DNA of 64,000 nt from positions 224,001 through 288,000 of the forward strand of contig CAWGKG010000020.1 of NCBI GenBank assembly GCA_963823035.1, written 5' to 3'. Made by a program: the position numbers and the translations under genes. Positions 54,001-64,000 of the stretch are shown here, piece after piece. The notes under the pieces were generated by a model. It ran no database searches and had not been told where the DNA came from. It saw only the letters and a program-made list of their open reading frames with translations. Source of the DNA: an uncultured Gemmatimonadales bacterium. GTDB lineage: Bacteria > Gemmatimonadota > Gemmatimonadetes > Longimicrobiales > Gaopeijiaceae. Every line of letters starts with the position of its first letter. Position 1 is the first letter of the stretch.

Positions 54001-54551
54001 CGGACCGCGATCGGAGCGTCGGGAGACGGGCGTGGGGTCGGACGCGCGGCGTGGCGTGCGACGCTCGCGCTCGCCGTGACGCTCCTCGCGGCCGGGACAG
54101 GCGACGGCGCAGGAAGTGGCGCTGCCGATCGGGACGCAGGCCCCGCCGGCCGCGCTGGAGGACCTGGACGGCAAGCCCGTCCAGCTCCTGGACTACGTGA
54201 AGAGGGAAAGCCGGCGCTGGTCGAGTTCTGGGCGACCTGGTGCGAGAACTGCGAGGCGCTCCAGCCCCAGCTCGACCGGATCCAGGAGCAGGACGGCGAC
54301 CGCCTGAACATCGTGGCCGTCGCGGTGGCGGTGGCGCAGTCGGTGCGGCGTGTGTCGCGTCACCTCGAGGAGCACGACCCCGGCTATCCCTACCTCTGGG
54401 ACGCCGAGGGCGCCGCCGTGCGCGCCTACAAGGCCCCCACCACCTCGGTGGTGGTGCTCCTGGACGCGGACGGCAAGGTGGTCTACACCGGCGTCGGGGC
54501 CCGACCAGGACCTCGAGGGGGCGGTGCGGAAGGTGCTCGGAACGCAGCTGA
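53997..54551 (+). CDS. TlpA-family periplasmic thiol-disulfide reductase (frameshifted)
   Basis: LEDLDGKPV, LVEFWATWCENC, YLWDAEG; GTGA overlap with ccdA-like gene. Confidence 0.85.
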
Positions 54552-54597
54552 GGCCGATGCCCGCGCCGCGGACGGTCCGACGGCGCGGGCCCCGCGC

Positions 54598-55201
54598 TCA
54601 GCTCGTCGCCCGCCCGTCGTCCGGCGCGGGCGTCACCCGGTCGATGATCGCGCCGAGCTCCTGGTAGGCCTGCGGATCCACCTGGTTGAACTGGGGGATC
54701 ACCCCGGCGATCCGGCCGTCCGGCCCGACCACGATCACGCTCCGGCTCTCCACGAAGCCGTTGGCGCGCACGTTGCCGCCGAACTTGGCGTACGTCCCGC
54801 CGTTGTTCTCCGCGTCGCTGGCGAAGACGAAGGGGAAGTCCAGGTCCTTCAGCCAGGAGCCGAGCTCCGCGGGCGAGTCGTTCGAGATCCCGACGAGGAC
54901 GACGTTCCGGCCGTCGTGGAAGAGGCTTGCGTACTGATCACGGTACGCTGTCATCTGGACCGTTCAGCCCTTGGTCCGGACCTTGAAGAAGAAGGCGAGG
55001 ACGACGGTCTCTCCGCGGTAGTCGCTCAGGCGCACCGGCTGCTGCGAGCAGACCGTAGCGGGTCGCGCCCGGGAGCGCGAAGTCGGGCGCCATCTCGCCG
55101 ACGGCGATGAAGCCGTCGGCCGCCTCCTGCGCGGCGGCACGTACCGGCGCGACGGCGCCGAGGGAGCCCGCGAGGAGGGTGAGGGCGAGCGTACGACGCA
55201 T
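54598..55201 (-). CDS. Exported peroxiredoxin/BCP-like redoxin with in-frame UGA (candidate selenoprotein; one frameshift near 55050)
   Basis: Signal peptide, VGEMAPDFALP, LSDYRGETVVLAFFFKVRTKG-TGA-TVQM, GISNDS, FPFVFASD, RSVIVVGPDG. Confidence 0.8.
54929..54948 (-). promoter_or_regulatory. Candidate bacterial SECIS hairpin
   Basis: mRNA gcguac-cgugauca-guacgc starting 16 nt 3' of the UGA at 54966-54964. Confidence 0.5.
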
Positions 55202-55285
55202 GACGGGTCCTTGGTTGGCGGGAGGACGCTCGGACGGATCGTCGATACCCTACCGGCCTCCCCCGGATCCCGCCAGGCGCGCGGC

Positions 55286-55890
55286 TCAGCCGCCCCGACC
55301 GGGACGGGGCGGCGTGATCATGATGTGCGCCCCCGCCGTCCCCGGGAACATCAGCCAGGGGCCGCCGGACGGCTGCGTGCTCAGCCCCGTGCTCTCCGGC
55401 GTCGCGTCCGGCGTGTAGATGGTCCAGCGCAGGTAGGGGTCGGCGACCTCGTTCGTACGCCGCGTCGAAGCCGCTTCCGGTCAGGATGGTAGTTCACCGA
55501 GCCGGTGCGGGATCGGCAGCTTCCCGGCCTCGTGCTCCTTCCACCGCGTCTGGGTGCGCTCGTTGCCGGTCACGCCCTGCGCCGAGCAGCTCCCGCCCAC
55601 GTGCGAAGAAGGCCTCCAGGCCCTCGTGCGTGGCAGGAGACCTCGAAGCCCTCCGCCTTCGGGTCGGGGGCCATGCACACCAGCCCGTTCGTACCCTCGC
55701 GCAGGGTCACGAAAGCTCCGGACGCGTCCCACCCCTGGACGGTGGCGGCGGCGCGCATGTCCTCGGGTGCCGCCAGGACGGCCGCCCGGATCTGCTGCTC
55801 GGGCGTGAGGCCGCTCCACGAGCGTTGGGCGTGCAGGGGGGTGGAGGCCACGAGGGCCAGCGTGACGGCCGACAGGAGTTGGACGGACAT
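55286..55890 (-). CDS. Exported hypothetical protein (frameshifted)
   Basis: Signal peptide ending LHA-Q; AVLAAPE, LREGTNGLVC, PWLMFPGTAGAHIMI. Confidence 0.7.
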
Positions 55891-56050
55891 CGGGCGGCGT
55901 TCCTCTTCCGGTTTCGGGTGGTGTTCGAGCGCAAGACTAACGCGGGCGGTGCAGGCCGGTCCACGGTCTTCGGCACGTTCCGGCTTGTCTCGGGCGCGGA
56001 GGAGCCCCAATCTGACCGCGACCACCACCCCCCATCGCAGGAGGTTGGCG

Positions 56051-59000
56051 ATGCTCCGGTCCGCCCTCCGGATCGCTCCCCTGATCCTTCTCGCGAGCGG
56101 CTCCCCTCGCCGCGCAGTCCCCCGCCGCACGCGCTCCGCCCCCTCCACTTCCGATCCATCGGACCCACGAACATGGGCGGGCGGGTCGCCGACGTGGACG
56201 GCATCCCCGGTGACCCGAAGACCTTCTACGTCTCGGGCGTCGACGGCGGCGTCTTCAAGACCACGAACGGTGGCACCACCTTCTCCGAGATCTTCAACGA
56301 CGAAGGCTGGTACTCCGTCGGTGCGCTCACGGTCGCGCCTTCCGATCACAACGTCCTCTGGGTCGGTACCGGCGAGGGCGATCCGAGGAACTCCACGTCG
56401 TACGGCAACGGCGTCTACCGCTCCACCAACGGCGGCGCGACCTGGACGCACCTCGGCCTGGACCAGACCGAGCGCATCAAGCGCATCGCCGTGGATCCCC
56501 GGAACCCCGACGTCGCGTGGGTGTGCGCGCTCGGCCACGCGTGGGGCGCCAACGAGGAGCGCGGGGTGTTCCGGACGCGGGACGCAGGCTCGAGTTGGGA
56601 GAAGGTGCTCTACGTCGACCAGGACACGGGGTGCTCGGACCTGGACATCGACCTGAGCAACCCGCGCGTCCTCTACGCCGGAATGTGGACCTTCCGACGA
56701 CGCCCGTGGCGATTCGACGACGGAGGGAAGGAGACGGCCGCCTACCGCTCGATGGACGGGGGCGACAGCTGGGAGAAGCTCGACGTCAGCGACGCGCCGA
56801 TGGCGCGCATCGGCATCCAGGTGGCGCAGAGCCAGCCGGCCACCGTGTACCTGATCTCCGAGATCCCGGACATGAAGGGCGAGCTGTGGCGCTCCGACGA
56901 CCACGGGGACACGTGGCGGGTGGTGAACACCGACCCGAACATCAACTTCCGCCCCTTCTACTACTCGGACCTGCGCGTCGACCCGAACAATCCGGAGGTG
57001 GTGTACACGCTCTCGGGCCGGTTGAGCAAGTCGACGGACGGCGGGCGCACCTTCGAGCGCATCGCGAACGACGTGCACGGTGACCACCAGTCGTTCTGGA
57101 TCGATCCGGCGGACTCGAAGCGCCTCATCAGCGGCTCGGACGGCGGCTTCCAGCTCTCCTTCGACGCGGGCGAGACGTTCGACGTCGTCAACAACGTCAC
57201 GCTCTCGCAGTACTACGACATCTTCCCGGACGATCAGGACCCCTACTGGATCTGCGGCGGGCTCCAGGACAACGGCCATTGGTGCGGACCGTCGAACTCG
57301 CTGAACGGCGACGGCATCCTCAAGGACGACTGGTTCACGATCTCGGGCGGAGACGGCTTCTACGCGGTGCCCGTCCCCGGCTCTCCGTGGCTCGTCTACA
57401 CGGCCAGCCAGGGCGGCAACCTGATCCTCAACGACACGCGCACCGGCGCGAGCCGGCGCGTGCACCCCTACCCGAAGATCGTGGGCTCCGCGGGCGACGC
57501 GATGGTCGACCACGAGTACCGCTTCAACTGGGAGGCCCCGATCCAGGTGTCGCCGCACGATCCGGCCACCGTGTACTTCGGCGGCAACGTCGTCTTCCGT
57601 AGCCGCGACTACGGCAACTCGTGGGACGTGATCAGCCCCGACCTCACCACGGACAATCCCGAGAAGCAGCTGGACTCGGGGGGCGAGATCTACCTCGACA
57701 ACACCGCGGCCGAGTTCCACACCACGATCTTCACGCTCGCCGAGTCGCCCGTGCAGCCCGGGGTCATCTGGGTGGGCACCGACGACGGCAACATCCAGGT
57801 CACGCAGGACGGAGGGGACACCTGGACGAACGTGTCCCCGAACGTGCCGGGGCTCCCGGCCGAGACGTGGATCAGCAAGATCGACCCCTCCTGGCACGAC
57901 GCGGGCACGGCCTGGGTGGCGGTGGACAACCACCGCCTCGACGACTTCAAGCCGTACGCCTACGTGACCCGCGACTACGGGAAGACGTGGACCAACCTCG
58001 CGGCGGGGCTGCCGCAGGACGACTACGTGAAGGTCGTCCGCGAGGACCCGAAGAACCCGAACCTCCTCTACCTGGGGATGGAGCGCGGGCTGTTCGCGTC
58101 GTGGGACGCGGGTGAGACGTGGGTGAGCATCCGCAACAACATCCCGCCGGTCTCGGTGCGCGACATCAAGATCCAACCGGACTACAACGACCTCGTGATC
58201 GGTACGCACGGTCGCGGGGCCTACATCCTCGACGACCTTTCGGCCTTCCAGCAGCTGCCGGAGGCGATGGAGGACCCGCAGGGCGCGTTCCTCTTCCCGA
58301 TCCGGCGCGCCACGCGCTGGCAGATGGCGAGCAAGGACGCCAACCACGGACAGCGCGAGTGGATCGGCGACAACCCGCCGGAGGGTGCGCTCGTCCGCTA
58401 CTTCGTGAAGGACGCCCCGACGCGCCCGCTCACGCTCGAGATCTCGGACGCGCGCGGCCAGGTGGTGTCGACCTCGACGCTACGCGGCGCGAACGCCGGC
58501 GTGAATCAGACGACGTGGAACCTCCGCTACGAGGGCGCCGAGCCGATTCCGGGAGAGGGCGGCGGGGGAGGTGGCGGCTTCTTCGGATTCGGCGGGGGCG
58601 GGCCGACCGCGCTGCCGGGGACGTACACGGCCACGCTGCGTGGCGACGGGTGGGAGCGCGCGCGCAGCTTCGAGGTGCGCGGCGATCCCCGGGTCGAGAT
58701 GACGAACGCGCAGTATCAGGCGCAGTTCGACGCCGTGGTGGCGCTGCGCGACCTCACCACCCAGGTCAACCAGGCGATCGGGCTGGCCGAGAGCGTCATG
58801 AAGCAGCTCGGGGACCTGGCCGGGACGCTCGAGGCGGCCGGTGACGAAGGCGGCATCGTGCAGGAGGTGAAGGACGCCGACGCGGCGGTGCAGGAGGTGA
58901 GCGACCTGTACCTGCGCCGTCCGCCTCCCCGGATGGGATACCGGCAGCGGCCGCGCGTGAGCGAGGAGCTGCGCTCCCTCATGGGCGCGATCGCCAACGT

Positions 59001-59172
59001 GGAGGCACCGCCCACGGAGCCGCAGTCGAACCGGCTGGTGGAGCTGCGCGGGGAGGCACAGGCGGCGATCGACGCGCTGAACGTGGTCATCGACACCAGG
59101 ATCCGCGACCTGAACGAGAAGCTCGGAGACCGCCCCCACATCATGATCGCGCGGCCGCGGGTGATCTCGTGA
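56051..59172 (+). CDS. Large exported BNR/VPS10 (sortilin-like) beta-propeller protein, glycosyl-hydrolase-like (frameshift near the N-terminus)
   Basis: FRSIGPTNMGGRV, repeated SxDGGxTW BNR motifs, GGLQDNG, DLVIGTHGRG. Confidence 0.88.
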
Positions 59173-60171
59173 CTTCCCGACGCGCCCGAGGGCTCGCCGA
59201 CCTGTGTACGCTGGCGGCGGCCGCCCTCGTCGCGGCCACGCCGGCGTGGGCGCGTCAGACCACCGAAGCACCCGGCGTCGCCCTGGTGGCGATGCCGTAC
59301 TCGGGCGCGCGCAACGTGCCCGAGCTGTCGGGGGGCCCGGCCTACCTCCTGGCCGGCGGTCTCGAGGAGAGCCTGCGCGCGGAGGGGTCCGCCTCGGGCG
59401 ACGCGCACGGTCGCGCTGTCGGCGGGGGACGAAAAGGAATACGGCGAGTGGCACCGGATGGGGCTGGCGAACGGCCACCTCGCGGAGATGGTCGCCGAGA
59501 ACCGACGGGCCGGGGCGATCACGGTGGGCCTCCTCGCGAACTGCACGTCGGTGATCGGGATGCTCGGCGGCCTCCAGCACTCGGGGCCCGACGCCGCGCC
59601 GCGCTCGGTCGGGCTCGTGTTCATCGACGCGCACGGCGATTTCAACGTCCCGGAGACGACGCTGAGCGGGATGCTCGGCGGCATGCCGGTCGCCGTGTCC
59701 GCGGGGCTGGCCCTCGAGCGCCTGCGCCGCGAGTCCGGGCTCGACCCGGCGCTGCCCACCGACCATATCGTCATGGGTGCCGTACGCGACCTCGATCCGC
59801 TCGAGCGCGAGCTTCTCGAGCGCTCGGACGTCCAGCATCTGAGCACGGAGGACCTGCGTCACCCGGAGGCCGTGCGCCGCCAGATCGAGCGCCTGGCCCG
59901 CACGTCCGACGTGATCTACGTGCACGTCGACATGGACGTGCTCGATCCGGCCGAGGTGCCCGGCCATCCGCTCACCGTTCCGGGCGGCCCCACGAGCCGC
60001 GAGCTGGCCGACGCCATCGCCGTGATGTTCCACGACCCGAAGGTGGCCGCCCTCGGGATCGCGTCCACGCCGTACGGCGAGCGCGACCCTGACGGCGTGT
60101 CGCGGCGGGCGGCCTACAACCTCGTCGACGGCGCGATGCGCGGTGTGCGGGAGCGGGCGGAGACGCGTTGA
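59169..60171 (+). CDS. Arginase/ureohydrolase-family protein with signal peptide (frameshift near 59400)
   Basis: FIDAHGDFN, SGMLGGMP, GAVRDLD, HVDMDVLDP, PGG. Confidence 0.85.
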
Positions 60172-61499
60172 CCCGGACCCGCTCCTTCGGGGTGTGGACG
60201 GCCCTCGCGCTCGTGGTCGGGAACATGGTGGGCTCGGGCGCCTACCTGGTGCCCTCGGCGCTCGGGCGCTACGGGCCGATCGGGCTCCTCGGGTGGACGG
60301 TGACGGCGGCCGGTGCCATCTGCCTCGCGCTCGTCTTCGGGCGGCTCGGACGGATCATGCCGGCGGAGGGAGGACCGTACGCCTACACGCGGGCCACGCT
60401 CGGCGATGCGCCGGCCTTCGTGGTCGCGTGGGGCTACTGGGTGTCGGTGTGGGTCGGCAACGCCGCGATCGCCACCGCGTTCGTGGCGTACCTCACGCCG
60501 TTCTTCCCCGCACTCGGGGCCTCCCCCGTGCTCGGCGCCATCGCCGCGGTGGGCAGCATCTGGCTGCTGACCGCGATCAACGTGTGGGGGGTGCGCGAGG
60601 CGGCCCTGGTCCAGTTGGCGACCACGGTCCTGAAGGTGATCCCCCTCGTGTTGGTGGCCACGCTCGGCCTCCTCGCGCTCGACACGGCGAAGCTCACGCC
60701 GTTCAACGTGAGCGGCGGCTCGGGGCTGTCGGCGGTGACGGCCACGGCCGCGCTCACGCTGTGGGGCTTCATGGGCCTCGAGAGCGCGACCATCCCGGTC
60801 GACGAGGTGCTCGAGCCCGAGCGCACCATCCCGCGGGCGACGATCCTGGGGACGGTGGCGACGGCGGCGCTCTACATTCTGAGTGCGGCCGCCGTGATGG
60901 GCGTGATGACGTCCGCGGAGCTCGCAGCGAGCACCGCGCCCTACGCCGACGCGGCGGCGCGCATGTGGGGCGGATGGGCCGGGCACCTCGTCGCGGCGGG
61001 GGCGGCCACGGCGGGCTTCGGCGTCCTCAACGGGTGGGTGCTCATGCAGGGCCAGATGCCGCTGGCCCCCGCGCGCGACGGGCTCTTTCCCGAGGCGTTC
61101 GGGAGGCTGTCCGCGCGCGGCACGCCGGCGTTCGGCCTGGTGCTGTCCAGCGCGTTGGCCACGGTGCTGGTGGCCGCCAACTACACGCGCGGCCTCGTCG
61201 GCCTGTTCACCTTCGCCCTCCTGCTCGCGACGGTGACCGTGCTGGCCTCCTACGTGTGCGCCTCGCTCGCGCACGTCCTCCTGATCGTGCGCGAGCCGGC
61301 GCGCTTCGGGGGGCCGGGCGCGCGGCGCGCGCTCGTGGTGTCCGCGTTGGCCTTCGCGTACTCCGTCTGGGCGGTGATCGGGGCGGGGTGGGATGCGGTC
61401 TTCTGGGGCGGCGTGCTCCTCGCGCTCGGCACGCCCATCTACCTGCTGGGCGCCGGACGGAGGGCCGCCATGCCCGACGTCGGCGCGGAGGTCGGCTGA
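60168..61499 (+). CDS. APC-family amino acid permease (ArcD/AdiC-like)
   Basis: GNMVGSG, GGPYAY, WGYW, LWGFMGLESA, PERTIPRA. Confidence 0.92.
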   Translation: MTRTRSFGVWTALALVVGNMVGSGAYLVPSALGRYGPIGLLGWTVTAAGAICLALVFGRLGRIMPAEGGPYAYTRATLGDAPAFVVAWGYWVSVWVGNAAIATAFVAYLTPFFPALGASPVLGAIAAVGSIWLLTAINVWGVREAALVQLATTVLKVIPLVLVATLGLLALDTAKLTPFNVSGGSGLSAVTATAALTLWGFMGLESATIPVDEVLEPERTIPRATILGTVATAALYILSAAAVMGVMTSAELAASTAPYADAAARMWGGWAGHLVAAGAATAGFGVLNGWVLMQGQMPLAPARDGLFPEAFGRLSARGTPAFGLVLSSALATVLVAANYTRGLVGLFTFALLLATVTVLASYVCASLAHVLLIVREPARFGGPGARRALVVSALAFAYSVWAVIGAGWDAVFWGGVLLALGTPIYLLGAGRRAAMPDVGAEVG

Positions 61500-62386
61500 T
61501 GCCTGAGCCGGCAGGGGCCTTCCAGTCGGACGTCGGTCGGCTGCGGCGGGTGCTCCTCAAGCACGCGCGCGCCGCCTTCGTGGACCCGGCCTCCGTGGAG
61601 GCCCAGTGGCGCGCGCTCGGCTACCTGGCGCCTCCCGACTTCGACGCGGCCTGCAGGGAATCCGACGCCTTCGCCTCCCTCCTGGAGGGCCTGGGCGTGG
61701 AGGTGGCATGGACGGCGGCGGACGACGTCGGGCTCGACTCGATCTACGTGAGGGACGCCTCCGTGGTGTGCGACCGCGGCGCCATCCTGTGCAGCATGGG
61801 GAAGGTCGCCCGGCGTGCCGAGCCGGAGCGGTTGCGGGCCGCGTACGGCGCGGCGGGCGTGCCCGTACTCGGCGCGATCGAGGGAGACGGAAGGGTGGAA
61901 GGGGGCGACGTGATATGGCTGGACGCGCGTACCCTGGCGGTCGGCCGCGGATACCGCACGAACGACGAGGGCATCCGGCAGCTCACGGCCCTCCTGGGTG
62001 GCGCCGTGGACGCGGTGCTCACCGTGCCGCTCCCGCACTGGAACGGTCCGGACGACGTCTTCCACCTGATGTCGGTCATCAGCCCGCTGGACCACGACCT
62101 CGCGCTCGTGTACTCACCGCTCCTGCCCGTGCCCTTCCGGGAGACGCTGCTGGCACGCGGGGTCGAGCTGGTCGAGGTGCCCGACGCGGAGTTCGACTCG
62201 CTGGGCGGCAACGTGCTCGCGGTCGCGCCGCGCGTGGCCGTGGCCGTGGCCGGCAATCCGGAGACGCGCCGGCGCATGGAGGACGCCGGCGTGCGCGTGC
62301 ACAGCTACCGGGGCGAGGAGATCTCCGTGAAGGGGTGCGGCGGTCCCACCTGCCTGACCCGCCCCCTCGAGCGCGACGAGTCCTGA
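61499..62386 (+). CDS. Amidinotransferase / dimethylarginine dimethylaminohydrolase-like (pentein) enzyme
   Basis: DSIYVRD, EGGD, RTN, FHLMS, GCGGPTCLTRP; TGATG overlap. Confidence 0.9.
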   Translation: MPEPAGAFQSDVGRLRRVLLKHARAAFVDPASVEAQWRALGYLAPPDFDAACRESDAFASLLEGLGVEVAWTAADDVGLDSIYVRDASVVCDRGAILCSMGKVARRAEPERLRAAYGAAGVPVLGAIEGDGRVEGGDVIWLDARTLAVGRGYRTNDEGIRQLTALLGGAVDAVLTVPLPHWNGPDDVFHLMSVISPLDHDLALVYSPLLPVPFRETLLARGVELVEVPDAEFDSLGGNVLAVAPRVAVAVAGNPETRRRMEDAGVRVHSYRGEEISVKGCGGPTCLTRPLERDES

Positions 62387-62402
62387 GCGGGCCGCCACCT
62401 CC

Positions 62403-64000
62403 TCAGCGCACCCGAAGCACGCTCCCCTTGGGGAGGGGCACGAAGACACCGTCCTCCGCGAGCGTCTCGAGCTTCAGCGTCTTGCCGCCGCCCGCCTGGA
62501 AGTAGACCACCTCGAAGGGATGGAGGCCCTTGGCCAGCGCGACCTCGGCCGTCTTCGAGACCGGGCCGTGCGGACCGTCGTTGTCGAGAACGACGGCGCC
62601 GCCGAAGCGCAGCACCGCCCCGTCGTCCGCGGTCAGGCGGAAGGTGTACACGCCGTCCTCGGGAACGGAGAGGTACCCACCGAAGCGGAGGCCGAACACC
62701 GAGTCCGGCGCCATGGCCGGGAGGGCGACGTCGTCGACCTTGTCGCGCCGGAGCAGCTCGCCGCGCCCCTCGACATCCGCCACGCGGCGGATCCTGCCCC
62801 GGTAGACGTCCATGTTGAGGCCGTCCTCCAGGGCGGCACCCACCAGGGCGGCGGGACGGGGTGTCGCCCGGGAGAACGCCGCCTTGCGCACGGGTCCCTC
62901 CCGCCCGTCGGGGAGCACCATGCGCGCGGCCACCTCCACCGGGCCGTCCTCGACCTTCACCTTCACGGGCCCCGTGTAGCGCGGGGACGAGGCCGACGGC
63001 TCCGTACCGTCGACCGTGTAGTGGATCGAGCCGTCCGACGCGGCCCCGAGCGTGACCTTCATGTCGTCGTCCAGCGTCAGGCGGTCCCGGTCGAGACCGA
63101 GGACGTCGGGGATGCGGTAGCGGATGCCCTGGGCGTCGAGACGCTCGAGGTGCCACGGAAGGCGGCGCGCGAAGTCGCCGAAGTGGCGCGGCTCCGGGTC
63201 CGTCCACACCACTTCGGACAGCGCGAACATGCGCGGGAAGACCATGTACTCGACCTGTTCCGGCGTGTCGATGTACTCCGTCCACACGTTCGCCTGTGCG
63301 CCCAGGACGTGTCGCGCCGCGTCCGGTCCGAGCTCCTCGGGCACGGGCTCGAAGGCGTAGACGCGTCTCGAGCGGCGTGAAGCCGCCGATCGCCAGCGGC
63401 TCCTGCTCCGGGTCGCCCTGATAGAAGTCGAAGTACAGGTGGCTGGTGGGCGTCATGACCACGTCGTGGCCCTGCTGCGCCGCCTCGATGCCGCCTTGCG
63501 TGCCGCGCCATGACATGACCGTCGCGTTCGGGGCCAGCCCTCCCTCGAGGATCTCGTCCCAGCCGATGAGCCTGCGGCCGTGCTCGTTCAGGAAGCGCTC
63601 GATGCGCTGCGTGAACCAGCTCTGCAGCTCGCTTCTCGTCGGCGAGCCCCTCACGCTGGATGACGGCCTGGGCCACCTCGCTCTGCTCCCAACGTGCCTT
63701 GGGCGCTTCGTCGCCGCCGATGTGGATGTACTCGCCGGGGAAGAGGTCCATGACCTCGGTGAGCACGTTCTCGAGGAAGGTGAACGTCTCCTCCCTGGGG
63801 CAGAAGATGTCCTCGAACACGCCCCACTTCGTCCCGACCTCGAAGGGACCGGGGGTGCACGCGAGCTCGGGGTAGGCGGCGAGCGCCGCGAGGGAGTGTC
63901 CCGGCATCTCGATCTCGGGGACGATCGTCACGTAGCGCTCCTGCGCGTAGCGCACGATGTCGCGGATCTCGTCCTGGGTGTAGAAGCCGCCGTAGCGCAG
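62403..64000 (-). CDS. GH20 beta-N-acetylhexosaminidase with chitobiase-linker and PA14 domains (5' end outside window; frameshifted)
   Basis: PEIEMPGH, HIGGDE, GWDEI, GAQANVWTEY, IHYTVDGTEP, PA14-like ADDG...DNDG. Confidence 0.92.

Overview
High-GC (roughly 70% by eye) bacterial chromosomal segment of about 52 genes. The gene content (PadR plus ADOP-type orphan permeases, DUF5916, VPS10-like BNR protein, PorV-like barrel, many lipoproteins) suggests Gemmatimonadota or a related FCB/Acidobacteriota-like lineage (inference). Many genes are split by single-base indels, most densely at about 45-56 kb. I read these as long-read consensus errors rather than true pseudogenes, so several gene ends are approximate. 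I saw no rRNA, tRNA, CRISPR array, integrase or transposase. Recognisable genes include glgA, nudC, infA, hup, malic enzyme, a DEAD-box helicase, an aminotransferase, a cyclophilin and a GH20. Best leads: (1) an unannotated, highly structured ~370-nt intergenic RNA at ~38570-38944 with its own -10 box, upstream palindrome, crossing long-range helices and U-tract terminator; (2) an orphan PilB/GspE-type ATPase carrying receiver domains, flanked by a hybrid kinase and an Hpt protein; (3) a peroxiredoxin-like gene with an in-frame UGA at the catalytic Cys plus a SECIS-like hairpin, next to a DsbD/TlpA pair; (4) an operon with a catalytically dead DEAD-box/DbpA protein and a cysteine-less DsbA; (5) a 4-heme + 8-heme/TPR cytochrome + amidase operon; (6) an exported arginase-family/APC permease/amidinotransferase operon.
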